The notes beneath the pieces are model-generated. The model ran no database searches. It saw only the letters and a list, made by a program, of their open reading frames with translations, and was not told the origin of the DNA. A DNA stretch of 64,000 nucleotides from Myxococcota bacterium (GTDB lineage Bacteria; Myxococcota_A; UBA796; GCA-2862545): the NCBI GenBank assembly GCA_039208735.1, contig JBCCQY010000025.1:11829-75828 (forward strand), read 5' to 3'. Below are positions 17,291-27,359 of this stretch, piece by piece. The first letter of the stretch is position 1. The number at the start of each line of letters is the position of its first letter. A program made the translations under genes and the position numbers.

Positions 17291-18508
17291 TCAGCCGTTG
17301 TTCGGTGAAAGTGTTGTTCGAACCTCCATCTGACTGTGCAGGGTGCGATGCACAGGGCACCGGTCTGCGATCTCGAGGAGGCGCTGGCGCTGCTCTGCAG
17401 AAAGGTCTCCGACCACGTCGAGGGTTCGGTGGATGACTTCGAGGCGTACCGATTCGCCCTCGGCGCACCCCGCGCAGTCCTTGGCGTGGTTGCGTTCGTG
17501 GCGTAGCGTGACGATCACCTCTTCGAGCGGCCACTGTTTGCGATCGGCGTACATGCGAAGCGTCATCGCGGTGCACGCTCCCAGCGACGAAAGCAGCAGG
17601 TCGTAGGGAGTCGGCCCGGTGTCGGTGCCTCCAAGGCTCGGGGGTTCGTCGGCCACGAATCGATGATGCCCGGCGCGGATCTCGGTCCGGAATCCCGAAG
17701 ACACCACGGCTTCGACCTCGCCATGGGCCAACGGAGCGTCAGCGGTCGGAGGGTCCAGGGTGCGGTCCGCCCAGGCTGCGATGAGGCTTCCCACCCAGGC
17801 TGCGTCTCGCCGGTCGGTCAGCAGATGGTCGGCTTGGTCTAGCGAAACGAACGACTTGGGATGCCTGGCGGCAAGAAACATGTCGCGCGCGTGATCGATC
17901 CCGACCACGGTGTCGAAGGGTGCGTGGAGGACGAGCAGCGGACGCCCCAGGTTGGCCAGATCCTCTTCGATCGAGCTGCGTTCCAGATCTTCGAGGAGGG
18001 CCTGGCCCACCTTCAACGTGCGGCCGGCAAGCTCGATCTCGGCCTCACCGCTCGTTTTCAATGTCTCGCGAACGGGAGCCAAGATGTGAGCCGCGTGACT
18101 GGGGTCAAAGGGCGCCCCGATCGTGACGACCCCACGAACGTCGGGGAGTTCCTTGGCGGCGGCCACGACGGCGGCCCCACCGAGGCTATGGCCTACCAGG
18201 AGCCGGACGGGACCTTCGCGTTCGGCTAGCCAACGGGCCGCGGTGACGAGGTCGGCCACATTGGACAGGAAGGTGGTTTCGGTAAATGCACCTTCGGATT
18301 CCCCGAGTCCGGTGAAATCAAATCTCAAGACCCCGTAGCCCTCGATGGCCAGAGCATCCGTGATGAGGCGCGCGGCCCGCAGATCTTTGCCGCACGTGAA
18401 ACAGTGGGCCAACACAGCCCACCCTTGCGGGCGACCGGCGGGACGCCGAAGTCTTCCCGCTAAGATGGCTCCGGTGGAACCCTCGAAGGTGACCCGCTCG
18501 TCTCGCAT
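17291..18508 (-). CDS. Alpha/beta hydrolase-OsmC fusion
   Basis: AHCFTCGK, FDFTGLGESEG, GHSLGG, ADHLL; C-terminal ADEP..GG.D.GPTPYDLL..LGAC, CPVHRTL. Confidence 0.92.
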   Translation of the reverse strand: MRDERVTFEGSTGAILAGRLRRPAGRPQGWAVLAHCFTCGKDLRAARLITDALAIEGYGVLRFDFTGLGESEGAFTETTFLSNVADLVTAARWLAEREGPVRLLVGHSLGGAAVVAAAKELPDVRGVVTIGAPFDPSHAAHILAPVRETLKTSGEAEIELAGRTLKVGQALLEDLERSSIEEDLANLGRPLLVLHAPFDTVVGIDHARDMFLAARHPKSFVSLDQADHLLTDRRDAAWVGSLIAAWADRTLDPPTADAPLAHGEVEAVVSSGFRTEIRAGHHRFVADEPPSLGGTDTGPTPYDLLLSSLGACTAMTLRMYADRKQWPLEEVIVTLRHERNHAKDCAGCAEGESVRLEVIHRTLDVVGDLSAEQRQRLLEIADRCPVHRTLHSQMEVRTTLSPNNG

Positions 18509-18574
18509 GCGTCCTCCGTGTCCTGGCATCGCTTCGTGGATGGTATGACACACCGCAGTTCCAGGAGAACAGCG

Positions 18575-18973
18575 ATGCCCCTCGAAGACATCGACCCCAA
18601 GACCGCGTTACAGCGCCAGTCCGAAGGTGCCCGCTACATCGACGTCCGCGCCCCCGAGGAGTTCGCCGCGGGTCACCCGACCGGCGCCGTCAACATCCCC
18701 ATCGCGTTTGCCACGCCCACCGGAATGGCGCCCAACCCTGAGTTTGTGAGCGTGGTGCAGCGGCACTTCTCGCCTGACACGACACTCTTGCTCGGCTGCA
18801 AGAGCGGAGGTCGGAGCGCACGGGCACTGCAGGCGTTGGCCGCGGCGGGCTTTACGAACCTCGCCAACGTGGTCGGCGGATTCTACGGTGGACCGGGGGC
18901 TCCCGGGTGGAGTGATCTTGGCTTGCCCTCGTCGACCGAGACCGAGGGTGTGTCGTACGACGACCTGAAGTAG
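18575..18973 (+). CDS. Single-domain rhodanese-like protein
   Basis: IDVRAPEEFAAGH..GAVNIP, CKSGGRS active loop; AGGAG RBS. Confidence 0.9.
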   Translation: MPLEDIDPKTALQRQSEGARYIDVRAPEEFAAGHPTGAVNIPIAFATPTGMAPNPEFVSVVQRHFSPDTTLLLGCKSGGRSARALQALAAAGFTNLANVVGGFYGGPGAPGWSDLGLPSSTETEGVSYDDLK

Positions 18974-18979
18974 ACCGCT

Positions 18980-19582
18980 GTGGCACGGGGCTGCGGCTGC
19001 TTCATTCCGCTTGCCATGACGGTCCTGGGCTTCGGGTTCGGAGTCCAAGCGCTGACCGTGTTGTCGACCAATCCAGAGCCCACCCAGGTTCCTTGCGCCG
19101 ATTTGGTCGACCAGCCCCCCCCGGCAGACTGGCTGCGGCTCGAGCGGTGCGAGGCCGACCCGGTCGTCGCCTTGCACCTTGGCCAGGGGCACCCGAGAGA
19201 AGCGTGGGCGGTGCTTCGCTCCACGGGAGCCACGAGCGACGATCCGGTCCACATCATTGTTGAAATCGACGATCGTGAACTGCTTTCGAGGATGCCTCTC
19301 GACGGAACCCTGACGGAGGAGCTGCAAGAGTCGCTGGCGATCAGCGAAGGACGCGTGAGGGGCAGCGATGGGCTTGGCATGCGCGCGCGTACCCTACTCG
19401 ACCAGGCCGGCTTCGAGGTTGCCCCCGACGTGGTGGTTCTGCGCTGGGGCGATCGGCCGACGCTGATGGCGGTGGTGGCCTGGCTAGGGCTGGGAGGCCT
19501 TGGCGTTGTCGCTTTGGCGGTGACCGTTCTGTCCATCCTGATGCCCACCCACGACTCCGAGAGGACGTCCGCGGTATCGTGA
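18980..19582 (+). CDS. Hypothetical protein with N- and C-terminal TM segments
   Basis: Two hydrophobic segments flanking a soluble domain; co-oriented with neighbours. Confidence 0.6.
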   Translation: MARGCGCFIPLAMTVLGFGFGVQALTVLSTNPEPTQVPCADLVDQPPPADWLRLERCEADPVVALHLGQGHPREAWAVLRSTGATSDDPVHIIVEIDDRELLSRMPLDGTLTEELQESLAISEGRVRGSDGLGMRARTLLDQAGFEVAPDVVVLRWGDRPTLMAVVAWLGLGGLGVVALAVTVLSILMPTHDSERTSAVS

Positions 19583-19598
19583 CGCCGCTGGAGGCAGC

Positions 19599-20285
19599 AT
19601 GCTGTGGATGATCGCGACGGCCGCGTGGGCCGCCTATCCGACCCCAGACCGGCCCTACGTCACCCGCAGCGGCGCGCTCGTGGCGGCCAATACCCTCGAA
19701 CTCGAGCTTGGGTACCGCTACTTGAACGTGAGCCAGGTGCCGGCGGCGCTCAAATACACGGTAAAGGGCGGTGTGGTCGAAGCGCGCGTGGAAGCGAATC
19801 TTTCGGGCGTGGGTCAGAATGCGCCCGATCTCCTTGCCGGGATGAAGGTCAAGTTGCTGCGACAAGAGCGAAACAGCCTCGCGTTGTGGGCCGCTTCGGC
19901 GGTGCCGGTGGGGGAGGGTGAAGCCTGGCGCGGCGAGCTGCACCTGCTGTTCACCACCGTTCTGAGCAGCGCGGTGGGCCTCCGTGTCGAATCGGGCATC
20001 GACTTTGTTGGGGGCGACGGCATCAATTTCGGAGGGGTGCCGCTGAATGCCGCGGTGACGTACCATCCCGTTCGTCGATTTGGGCTCATCGGCGAAGTGT
20101 CAGGCGTCATCGGGAGCCCAGGCTGTGACGACCGCTGCATCTACGGCAATGCCCAGGTGATGGCGGGGATTCGCGGTCGCCTGACCGAACTGTTGGTGGT
20201 CGATGCGTCGGGCGGCTACGCGTTCACCCCCGACGAACCCTTTGTGGGCGTGGGGTTCACTTCGAACTTTGGCAGGGTTGAGTAG
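19599..20285 (+). CDS. Putative outer-membrane beta-barrel/transporter
   Basis: Signal peptide, PDRP motif, alternating beta-strand pattern, aromatic near C-terminus (GVGFTSNF). Confidence 0.55.
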   Translation: MLWMIATAAWAAYPTPDRPYVTRSGALVAANTLELELGYRYLNVSQVPAALKYTVKGGVVEARVEANLSGVGQNAPDLLAGMKVKLLRQERNSLALWAASAVPVGEGEAWRGELHLLFTTVLSSAVGLRVESGIDFVGGDGINFGGVPLNAAVTYHPVRRFGLIGEVSGVIGSPGCDDRCIYGNAQVMAGIRGRLTELLVVDASGGYAFTPDEPFVGVGFTSNFGRVE

Positions 20286-20288
20286 ACA

Positions 20289-21590
20289 GTGGTGGTCGGG
20301 CTCTGGTGGACGCTTGGGGGTTGCCTCGGGCTGGGAGAAACGGTTCCCCCGGCCCCGCCGCTTGCGGTGGATCACGGGGTGGATGTGGCCAAAAAGCGCA
20401 TCCGCATCGGGGCCCTCAACGATGAGTCCGGCCCTGCCAAGGCCATCGGCCATCCGTTTGCGGTGGGCAAGCGGGTGCTGGTGGCGGCCGTCAATGCGGG
20501 CGGCACCGGGGTGCTGCCCGATGGATGGACCGTCGAACTCGTCGAGCGCGATCACGGCTACGTGCCCAAGGAGGCGCAGCGTGCCCTTCAGACCCTTCGT
20601 GACGACGTACTCTTTGTGTCGACGAGTTTTGGCACCGACCACACCCTGGCCCTTCAAGAGGGGTTGAGTGCGGCGAACCTCATGGCGTTTCCGGCTTCGC
20701 TGTCGACCGCCCTTCAGGGTCATGCCCTGACCCCACCATTGGGCGCTTCCTACGAGGCGGAAGCGCGGCGTGCTGTCGACTACCTGATCGACGATGCCGA
20801 TGGACGTCCCGTACGAATCGCGGTGATTCATCAAGACGATGCCTACGGCCGAGACGTGGCGAAGGGAGCCGCACGCGGTGCGCAGGACTACGCGTTGTCG
20901 GTCACGCTGGCCCTTCCCATTGCGGGGCCTGGCGATCCCGAGGCCTTGAGCGATCAGCTCTCCAAATCCTCGATTACCCACGTGGTGCTCGGCACATTGC
21001 CGCCGCTGACCCTCGGGTTGCTCGAAGCAGCGGTGTCTCGTTCGTCCGAAATCGCTTGGGTGGGGACGACCCCTGCGTGGAGTGATGCATTTGAGGCTCG
21101 CCCTGATGCCAAGGAGCTTCTCGCGCGGTACGCCCAGGCCTCTTCGTTGCCGTTTTGGGGCGAAGAAGTCCCGGGAATGACCGAATTTGAAAAGGCGTTT
21201 GCCACTCATGCACCAGGCGAGACCCCCGACGGCTACGTGCTCATGGCGTACGTGCAAGGCATGGTGCAACTCGAAGCCGTGCGAGAGGCGATCGAGGCGG
21301 GAGACGTGACCCGACAGGGGTACCGCAAGGCGCTCGGCGGGCTCCACCATGTCGATGCACACGGCATGTTGGGTGCGCTGGATCTGTCCCGTTTGCCCGG
21401 GGCCGTTACCGAGCGCGTGCGCATTCTGAAGCCTCGACTCGCAACGGAAGGGCCTCGCTTTGCTGAGGTTCTGCCACAGACGAGGCCCGGACCGCGCCGC
21501 GAGCGCCCGGGGCAAGCGGCGATGGACGATGAGGCGAGTTCGGGGAGCTACCCGGGTGAGGGGGCGGACGAACTCGACGCCGAGCCGTAG
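20289..21590 (+). CDS. ABC transporter substrate-binding protein (LivJ/branched-chain type)
   Basis: IRIGALNDESGP, VNAGG, D.GY.P, QDDAYGRD; LGGC lipobox-like. Confidence 0.8.
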   Translation: MVVGLWWTLGGCLGLGETVPPAPPLAVDHGVDVAKKRIRIGALNDESGPAKAIGHPFAVGKRVLVAAVNAGGTGVLPDGWTVELVERDHGYVPKEAQRALQTLRDDVLFVSTSFGTDHTLALQEGLSAANLMAFPASLSTALQGHALTPPLGASYEAEARRAVDYLIDDADGRPVRIAVIHQDDAYGRDVAKGAARGAQDYALSVTLALPIAGPGDPEALSDQLSKSSITHVVLGTLPPLTLGLLEAAVSRSSEIAWVGTTPAWSDAFEARPDAKELLARYAQASSLPFWGEEVPGMTEFEKAFATHAPGETPDGYVLMAYVQGMVQLEAVREAIEAGDVTRQGYRKALGGLHHVDAHGMLGALDLSRLPGAVTERVRILKPRLATEGPRFAEVLPQTRPGPRRERPGQAAMDDEASSGSYPGEGADELDAEP

Positions 21591-21612
21591 TCTTACTCAC
21601 GACCATCCTTCG

Positions 21613-24060
21613 TTAGCCGCCCCGCAACCCCACACCGATGCGAATGATGTCGGCCAGAACGCCGCTTGCGGTGACCGCTCCCCCCGCTCCGGCTCCACTG
21701 ACGACCAATGGATGGGTCGCATACCGCTCGGTGTAGAACGCGACCATCGACTGGCTCGATGACAAGGCGAAGGCAGGATGACCTTGCCCCACGGTCGTCA
21801 CCCCAACCTTCAGCACGGGGGTGGCCGCAGGATCGATGACGGCGAGGTAACGGAGGACTTCGCCGCGCCCCCGCGCGGCGGAGACCCGGTCTGCGAGCCC
21901 TTGTCGGGCATCTTTGAGCGCCTCGAGAAACGCCTCAACTTCCGGGATGTCGAGCAGGGTGGCGTCGACGAGAGGTTCGATTTCGACTTGGTCCATTTCG
22001 AGGTCGAGCCCAAGACGTCGGGCCAGGATGAGCGCCTTGCGCGCAGCATCGACGCCTCCGAGGTCCTCTTGGGGGCGAGGTTCGGTAAATCCCCGTTCCC
22101 GGGCATCTGCGACCGCTTGATCGACCGGGACGCCCTTCGAAAGCTCGTCGCATAGATAGCCGAGCGTCCCCGACAACGAACCGACGATGCGATTGACGAC
22201 ATCGCCAGTCTGGATCAGCGTATCGAGGGTGGAGAGCACAGGGAGGGCCGCGCCCACGGTGGTTTCGTGTTGGTACGATCGGTGGGCGCGTCTGGCGGCA
22301 TCGCGGAGTGCCGCGGCCTCCTCGCCTGCGATGGTCAGCGGCTTCTTATTGGCGGCCACCACGTGGATGCCCCGCGCGAAGGCTTCGCGGTACAGCGCTT
22401 CCATCCCCGCTGCGGCGGTGCAGTCGACAAGGATGGGAACCGGCAACCGGGCCAATTGATCGAGCACATCCGAGGTCACGGGACCGTGGGGTCCAAAGGC
22501 CGTCTCCGCCTGTTGGGACCAGGTATCGGCGTGAAGTCCCTCGGCGTCGAAGGCTAGCTTAGCGCTCGTAGCTACGCCCACGAGCTGGGGGTCGATGCGC
22601 AAAGACGTCCGTAGGGCATGCCGTTGGTCACTGATTTGGGTGAGCAGCTGCGATCCGACGACCCCCGTGCCGAGCAACACGATGGACAGGGGGGTGTGGG
22701 TCAGGTGGAACGCAGCGTGAACGGTCCGTACCGCCGTCACCAGGTCGGCATGATCGACCACGCAGGAGATCGACCGAGCGGTGGCGGATTGACCGATCGT
22801 GTGGACGTTCACGCCGATCTGGCCGAGTGCCGCGAACATGCGGCCGGCCACATTTGGGGTGCGGCCCATCGCTTCTGCGACCAGCGTCAAGAGCGCGACT
22901 GGGGTTCGCACGCGAATCGATTCGAGCGCTTCGCGGGAAAGCTCGGTGGCGAACACCCGCTCGAGTTCGTCTTTCACCGCGTGGGCTTGGGCTTGGGGTA
23001 CGACGAGCGACAGCGCTTGGCCGTGGGCGGAGTGGGTGACCAGCCACACCTGTTCGGTGACGGTCTGCAATGCCCGGTGGACCCGTTCCCCGAACTCCGG
23101 CGAGTGGTGCCGGTCTCGGAGTCGAAGGTCGAGCAGGGCCAAGTCGGTGACCGACGTGACCGAGGTGGCGCGGGTCTCGTCGTCGCTGCCGTGTTGGTCC
23201 ACGGTCGTGCCAGGGTCCGCGGGGTCGAACGTGTTGCGGACTACCATGGGAATGCGCGACGCGAGCAGGGGGACCAGGGTGCGAGGATGCAGCACGCGCG
23301 CGCCAAAGGTCGCAAGCTCGAGGGCTTCTCCGTAGGTCATCCGCTCGAGGGTTCGCGCGTCAGAGACGATGGCCGGGTCGGCCGTCATGACCCCCGCCAC
23401 GTCCGACCAGATCTGAAGCTCCTTGGCGGAAAGGGCGTTGGCCACGAGGGCGGCCGTGTAATCCGAGCCGCCTCGACCAAGGGTAGTGGTACGACCGTCG
23501 CTCGTCGATCCCACGAACCCCATGATGACGGGCACCGCATTACCCAGTGGGATCAGCGTCTCTCGAAGCGCCGCATAGGACGCCACTTCGTCGACATGGG
23601 CTTGGCCGAAGCGGGCATCGGTGCGGCACCAACGCCTCGAATCGATGGGCTGGGCGGATCCGCCTGCCGCAATGAGGCGTGCGGTGACCACCTCGACCGC
23701 CAACATCTCTCCATACGCGAGGACCGAGTCCCGCGTGGCGTCGGAAGCCTCACCAAGCAGGGCCACGCCGACGAGGAGCTGCCGAATCTCGTCGACGCGG
23801 GCCGTGAGCGAGCCCGTCAGATCGTCGGACTGCGCGCATTGCATCGCGGTTTCGAGGACCTGGTCGAGCTGGGCAAACGCCCCTTGTCGATCGCGGCGCT
23901 CGGCGCGGTCTAAGGCTTCGGCGAGTCGGTCGGTGGTGCTTCCCAGGGCCGAGACGACCACGGCAGGCTGCTCCTCGGCCATCACCAGGGCGCACACGCG
24001 GGTGAGGTTTTCAGGAGAGCCGATCGACGTGCCTCCGAACTTCAAGACGGTCCAGGTCAC
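21613..24060 (-). CDS. thrA: Bifunctional aspartate kinase/homoserine dehydrogenase (ThrA/MetL type)
   Basis: KFGGTS, TTLGRGGSDYTA, DVAGVMTADP, ACT region, GTGVVG, ETTVGAALP, GFTEP.P..DL.G.D.ARK, GAGAGG.VTA; GTG start overlaps metX stop. Confidence 0.93.
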   Translation of the reverse strand: MTWTVLKFGGTSIGSPENLTRVCALVMAEEQPAVVVSALGSTTDRLAEALDRAERRDRQGAFAQLDQVLETAMQCAQSDDLTGSLTARVDEIRQLLVGVALLGEASDATRDSVLAYGEMLAVEVVTARLIAAGGSAQPIDSRRWCRTDARFGQAHVDEVASYAALRETLIPLGNAVPVIMGFVGSTSDGRTTTLGRGGSDYTAALVANALSAKELQIWSDVAGVMTADPAIVSDARTLERMTYGEALELATFGARVLHPRTLVPLLASRIPMVVRNTFDPADPGTTVDQHGSDDETRATSVTSVTDLALLDLRLRDRHHSPEFGERVHRALQTVTEQVWLVTHSAHGQALSLVVPQAQAHAVKDELERVFATELSREALESIRVRTPVALLTLVAEAMGRTPNVAGRMFAALGQIGVNVHTIGQSATARSISCVVDHADLVTAVRTVHAAFHLTHTPLSIVLLGTGVVGSQLLTQISDQRHALRTSLRIDPQLVGVATSAKLAFDAEGLHADTWSQQAETAFGPHGPVTSDVLDQLARLPVPILVDCTAAAGMEALYREAFARGIHVVAANKKPLTIAGEEAAALRDAARRAHRSYQHETTVGAALPVLSTLDTLIQTGDVVNRIVGSLSGTLGYLCDELSKGVPVDQAVADARERGFTEPRPQEDLGGVDAARKALILARRLGLDLEMDQVEIEPLVDATLLDIPEVEAFLEALKDARQGLADRVSAARGRGEVLRYLAVIDPAATPVLKVGVTTVGQGHPAFALSSSQSMVAFYTERYATHPLVVSGAGAGGAVTASGVLADIIRIGVGLRGG

Positions 24061-25202
24061 GAATCGATCTCCAGGAGGGTGCCGAGAAGCGTCCCCGGCA
24101 TGAGGAAGGCGTCGTGGCCATGCGGGCTTGACAGCTCTCGATAGCTGCCGCCAGGCACGGATTCGCACAACGCACGAAGCAAATGAGGGTGAAACAGCTC
24201 GTCGGAGTGGATGCCTACGCCCCGGACATCGTGGAGCCGGGCGCGTCCCCACTCCCCGTCGGTCGACCAGGATTCGTGGTCATCTCGTGTGGGGCGTGTT
24301 TCGAGATCGTGGTGGTCCATCGCATCCAGCATCGACACGTAGGAGGCAGGATCAAACCTTGAAACGAGCTTTGCGCCGTGGTGCTGCAGGTAGGTTTGCA
24401 TGGCATAAGCACCAAAGGGGTGGGTGCCGCGAACCGTTCGCCCTTGCCGCTCTTCGAGCCCTTGCTCACTGCGGTACGAGAGGTGGGCAAGGGCCCGAGC
24501 GAGAGGCAACCCGGCCACGGGGTCCGTGAGTACGGCTTGCCGACCCACGTGATTGAAGCCCAGGATCCAAGGTGTACTACGAGGGCCACACGCCACCGCG
24601 TCGACCGCTTCGAATCGATCGGGCGCCAGCACTTGCATGCAAAGGGCGAGGTTGCCGCCGATCGAGCCGCCTACCACGCGTTCGACGCGTTTGACGCCCA
24701 GTCCATCGAGCGCCAACAGGGTGACCCGGGCTTGGTCCCAGGCCGTGAGGGGAGCGGGGCGCCAGCTTGGGTTCGGTGGGAGGTTGTTGAGGTCTGGCGG
24801 CTCGGGAAGGTCAGACCAGCGCGGAAACGCTGCGTCCGCCGGTCCGTAGGACCCGTAGCAGGACCCGAGGTGATTCAGGCCGATTAGTCGCGTTTTTGTT
24901 GGGTCGTAGGGACCATCTGGCCCGATGAGGAACGACCACCATCCATCGGGCTCGCCGGCTTGTGCATCGCCCGTCAATGCGTGCATGAACAAGACCGTGG
25001 GCACATCTGCCTCGAGCCGCGGCGGGGGGCTTGCCCAAAGCGTTTCAAGCGCCGCCGCATCTCTTCGAATCGGGCCTGGGTCGATGTCGATGGGGGACAA
25101 ACCTTCCAGGCCCGGACCTGCCGCCCAACCGCGCACGTGGAGCCCTGGCAAACGGAGTCCGCATTGCAGTGTCAGTGGCGGTAGCGGAAGGTCGAACTGC
25201 AC
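24057..25202 (-). CDS. metX: Homoserine O-acetyltransferase (MetX family)
   Basis: HALTGD, GWW..IGP, N.LGSCYGS.GP, GGSIGG nucleophile, D.LF, HGHDAFL. Confidence 0.88.
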   Translation of the reverse strand: MQFDLPLPPLTLQCGLRLPGLHVRGWAAGPGLEGLSPIDIDPGPIRRDAAALETLWASPPPRLEADVPTVLFMHALTGDAQAGEPDGWWSFLIGPDGPYDPTKTRLIGLNHLGSCYGSYGPADAAFPRWSDLPEPPDLNNLPPNPSWRPAPLTAWDQARVTLLALDGLGVKRVERVVGGSIGGNLALCMQVLAPDRFEAVDAVACGPRSTPWILGFNHVGRQAVLTDPVAGLPLARALAHLSYRSEQGLEERQGRTVRGTHPFGAYAMQTYLQHHGAKLVSRFDPASYVSMLDAMDHHDLETRPTRDDHESWSTDGEWGRARLHDVRGVGIHSDELFHPHLLRALCESVPGGSYRELSSPHGHDAFLMPGTLLGTLLEIDS

Positions 25203-25204
25203 GA

Positions 25205-26621
<1,417 letters not shown>

Positions 26622-26705
26622 CTACGACATACAGCAACACCAACAGACGGCGCAGCAGGCAATGGGCCCTGCGCTCGGACGATGGTGTGGGTGGGTTGTC
26701 GGCAT
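26622..26705 (-). CDS. Cys-rich leader peptide, 27 aa (MPTTHPHHRPSAGPIACCAVCWCCCMS)
   Basis: Hand translation ATG 26705 to TAG 26622; six Cys codons in nine, then Met; co-oriented with and 142 nt upstream of metY. Confidence 0.8.
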   Translation of the reverse strand: MPTTHPHHRPSAGPIACCAVCWCCCMS

Positions 26706-26900
26706 CTTCTCGACCTTCCGCGTTCTGTGGAGCGACGTCAAGCGCGTCCGTTTCACAGGATGTGTGTCTTCCTGCTGGCGCCAGCGTTATTCGCGGATCC
26801 AAACCGATGACCACCGTGGCATTGGCCGCGCGCGGGGTCGGGCTGCGCGTGCCTAAAATCTACGTGTGTGGTGCCGATGGTCGAGGGCGAGGAGACGCCC

Positions 26901-27359
26901 TTGAATACAAGCTCAAATTCGTCGGTGGTGCCTTCCACGTTGATCGTTGATGACAATGAAGCGGACGCGGTCTGGACCAAGCGAACCCTCGAACGGTCGG
27001 GTCGCTATGGCGAGATCTTCGTCGAGGAGAGCGGCTCTGACGCGATCGCGCGGTTCCGCGAATACGAAGCCCGTCGCCAGAAAGAGCCCGCCCGGTGTCC
27101 TCCAATGCTCGTCCTGCTCGACATCAACATGCCGGGAATGAATGGCTACGACGTGCTCAAGGCCTTGCGCGCAAGTCCTCACCGCGCGGATTCGCCTGCG
27201 CTTCCGCACCACATTTTCATGCTGTCGTCGTCCGACGATGACTTCGACAAACTCCTGTCGCGCAGCTTCGAGATGGTGGGCGGGTATTTGGTCAAGCCGC
27301 TCTCACCAAGCCAGGCAGCGGACCTCGCGGACCGATTTGGAACGCCAACTCATGAGTGA
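26901..27359 (+). CDS. Stand-alone receiver response regulator
   Basis: LIVDDN, LLDINMPGMNG, MLSSS, YLVKP; TTG start after GAGGAG (upstream alternative starts exist). Confidence 0.88.
   Translation: MNTSSNSSVVPSTLIVDDNEADAVWTKRTLERSGRYGEIFVEESGSDAIARFREYEARRQKEPARCPPMLVLLDINMPGMNGYDVLKALRASPHRADSPALPHHIFMLSSSDDDFDKLLSRSFEMVGGYLVKPLSPSQAADLADRFGTPTHE

Noticed and set aside
26774..26785. Perfect 12-bp palindrome GCTGGCGCCAGC upstream of the met leader promoter
   Set aside because: GC-rich palindromes of this size are not unexpected here and there is no second copy to support an operator.
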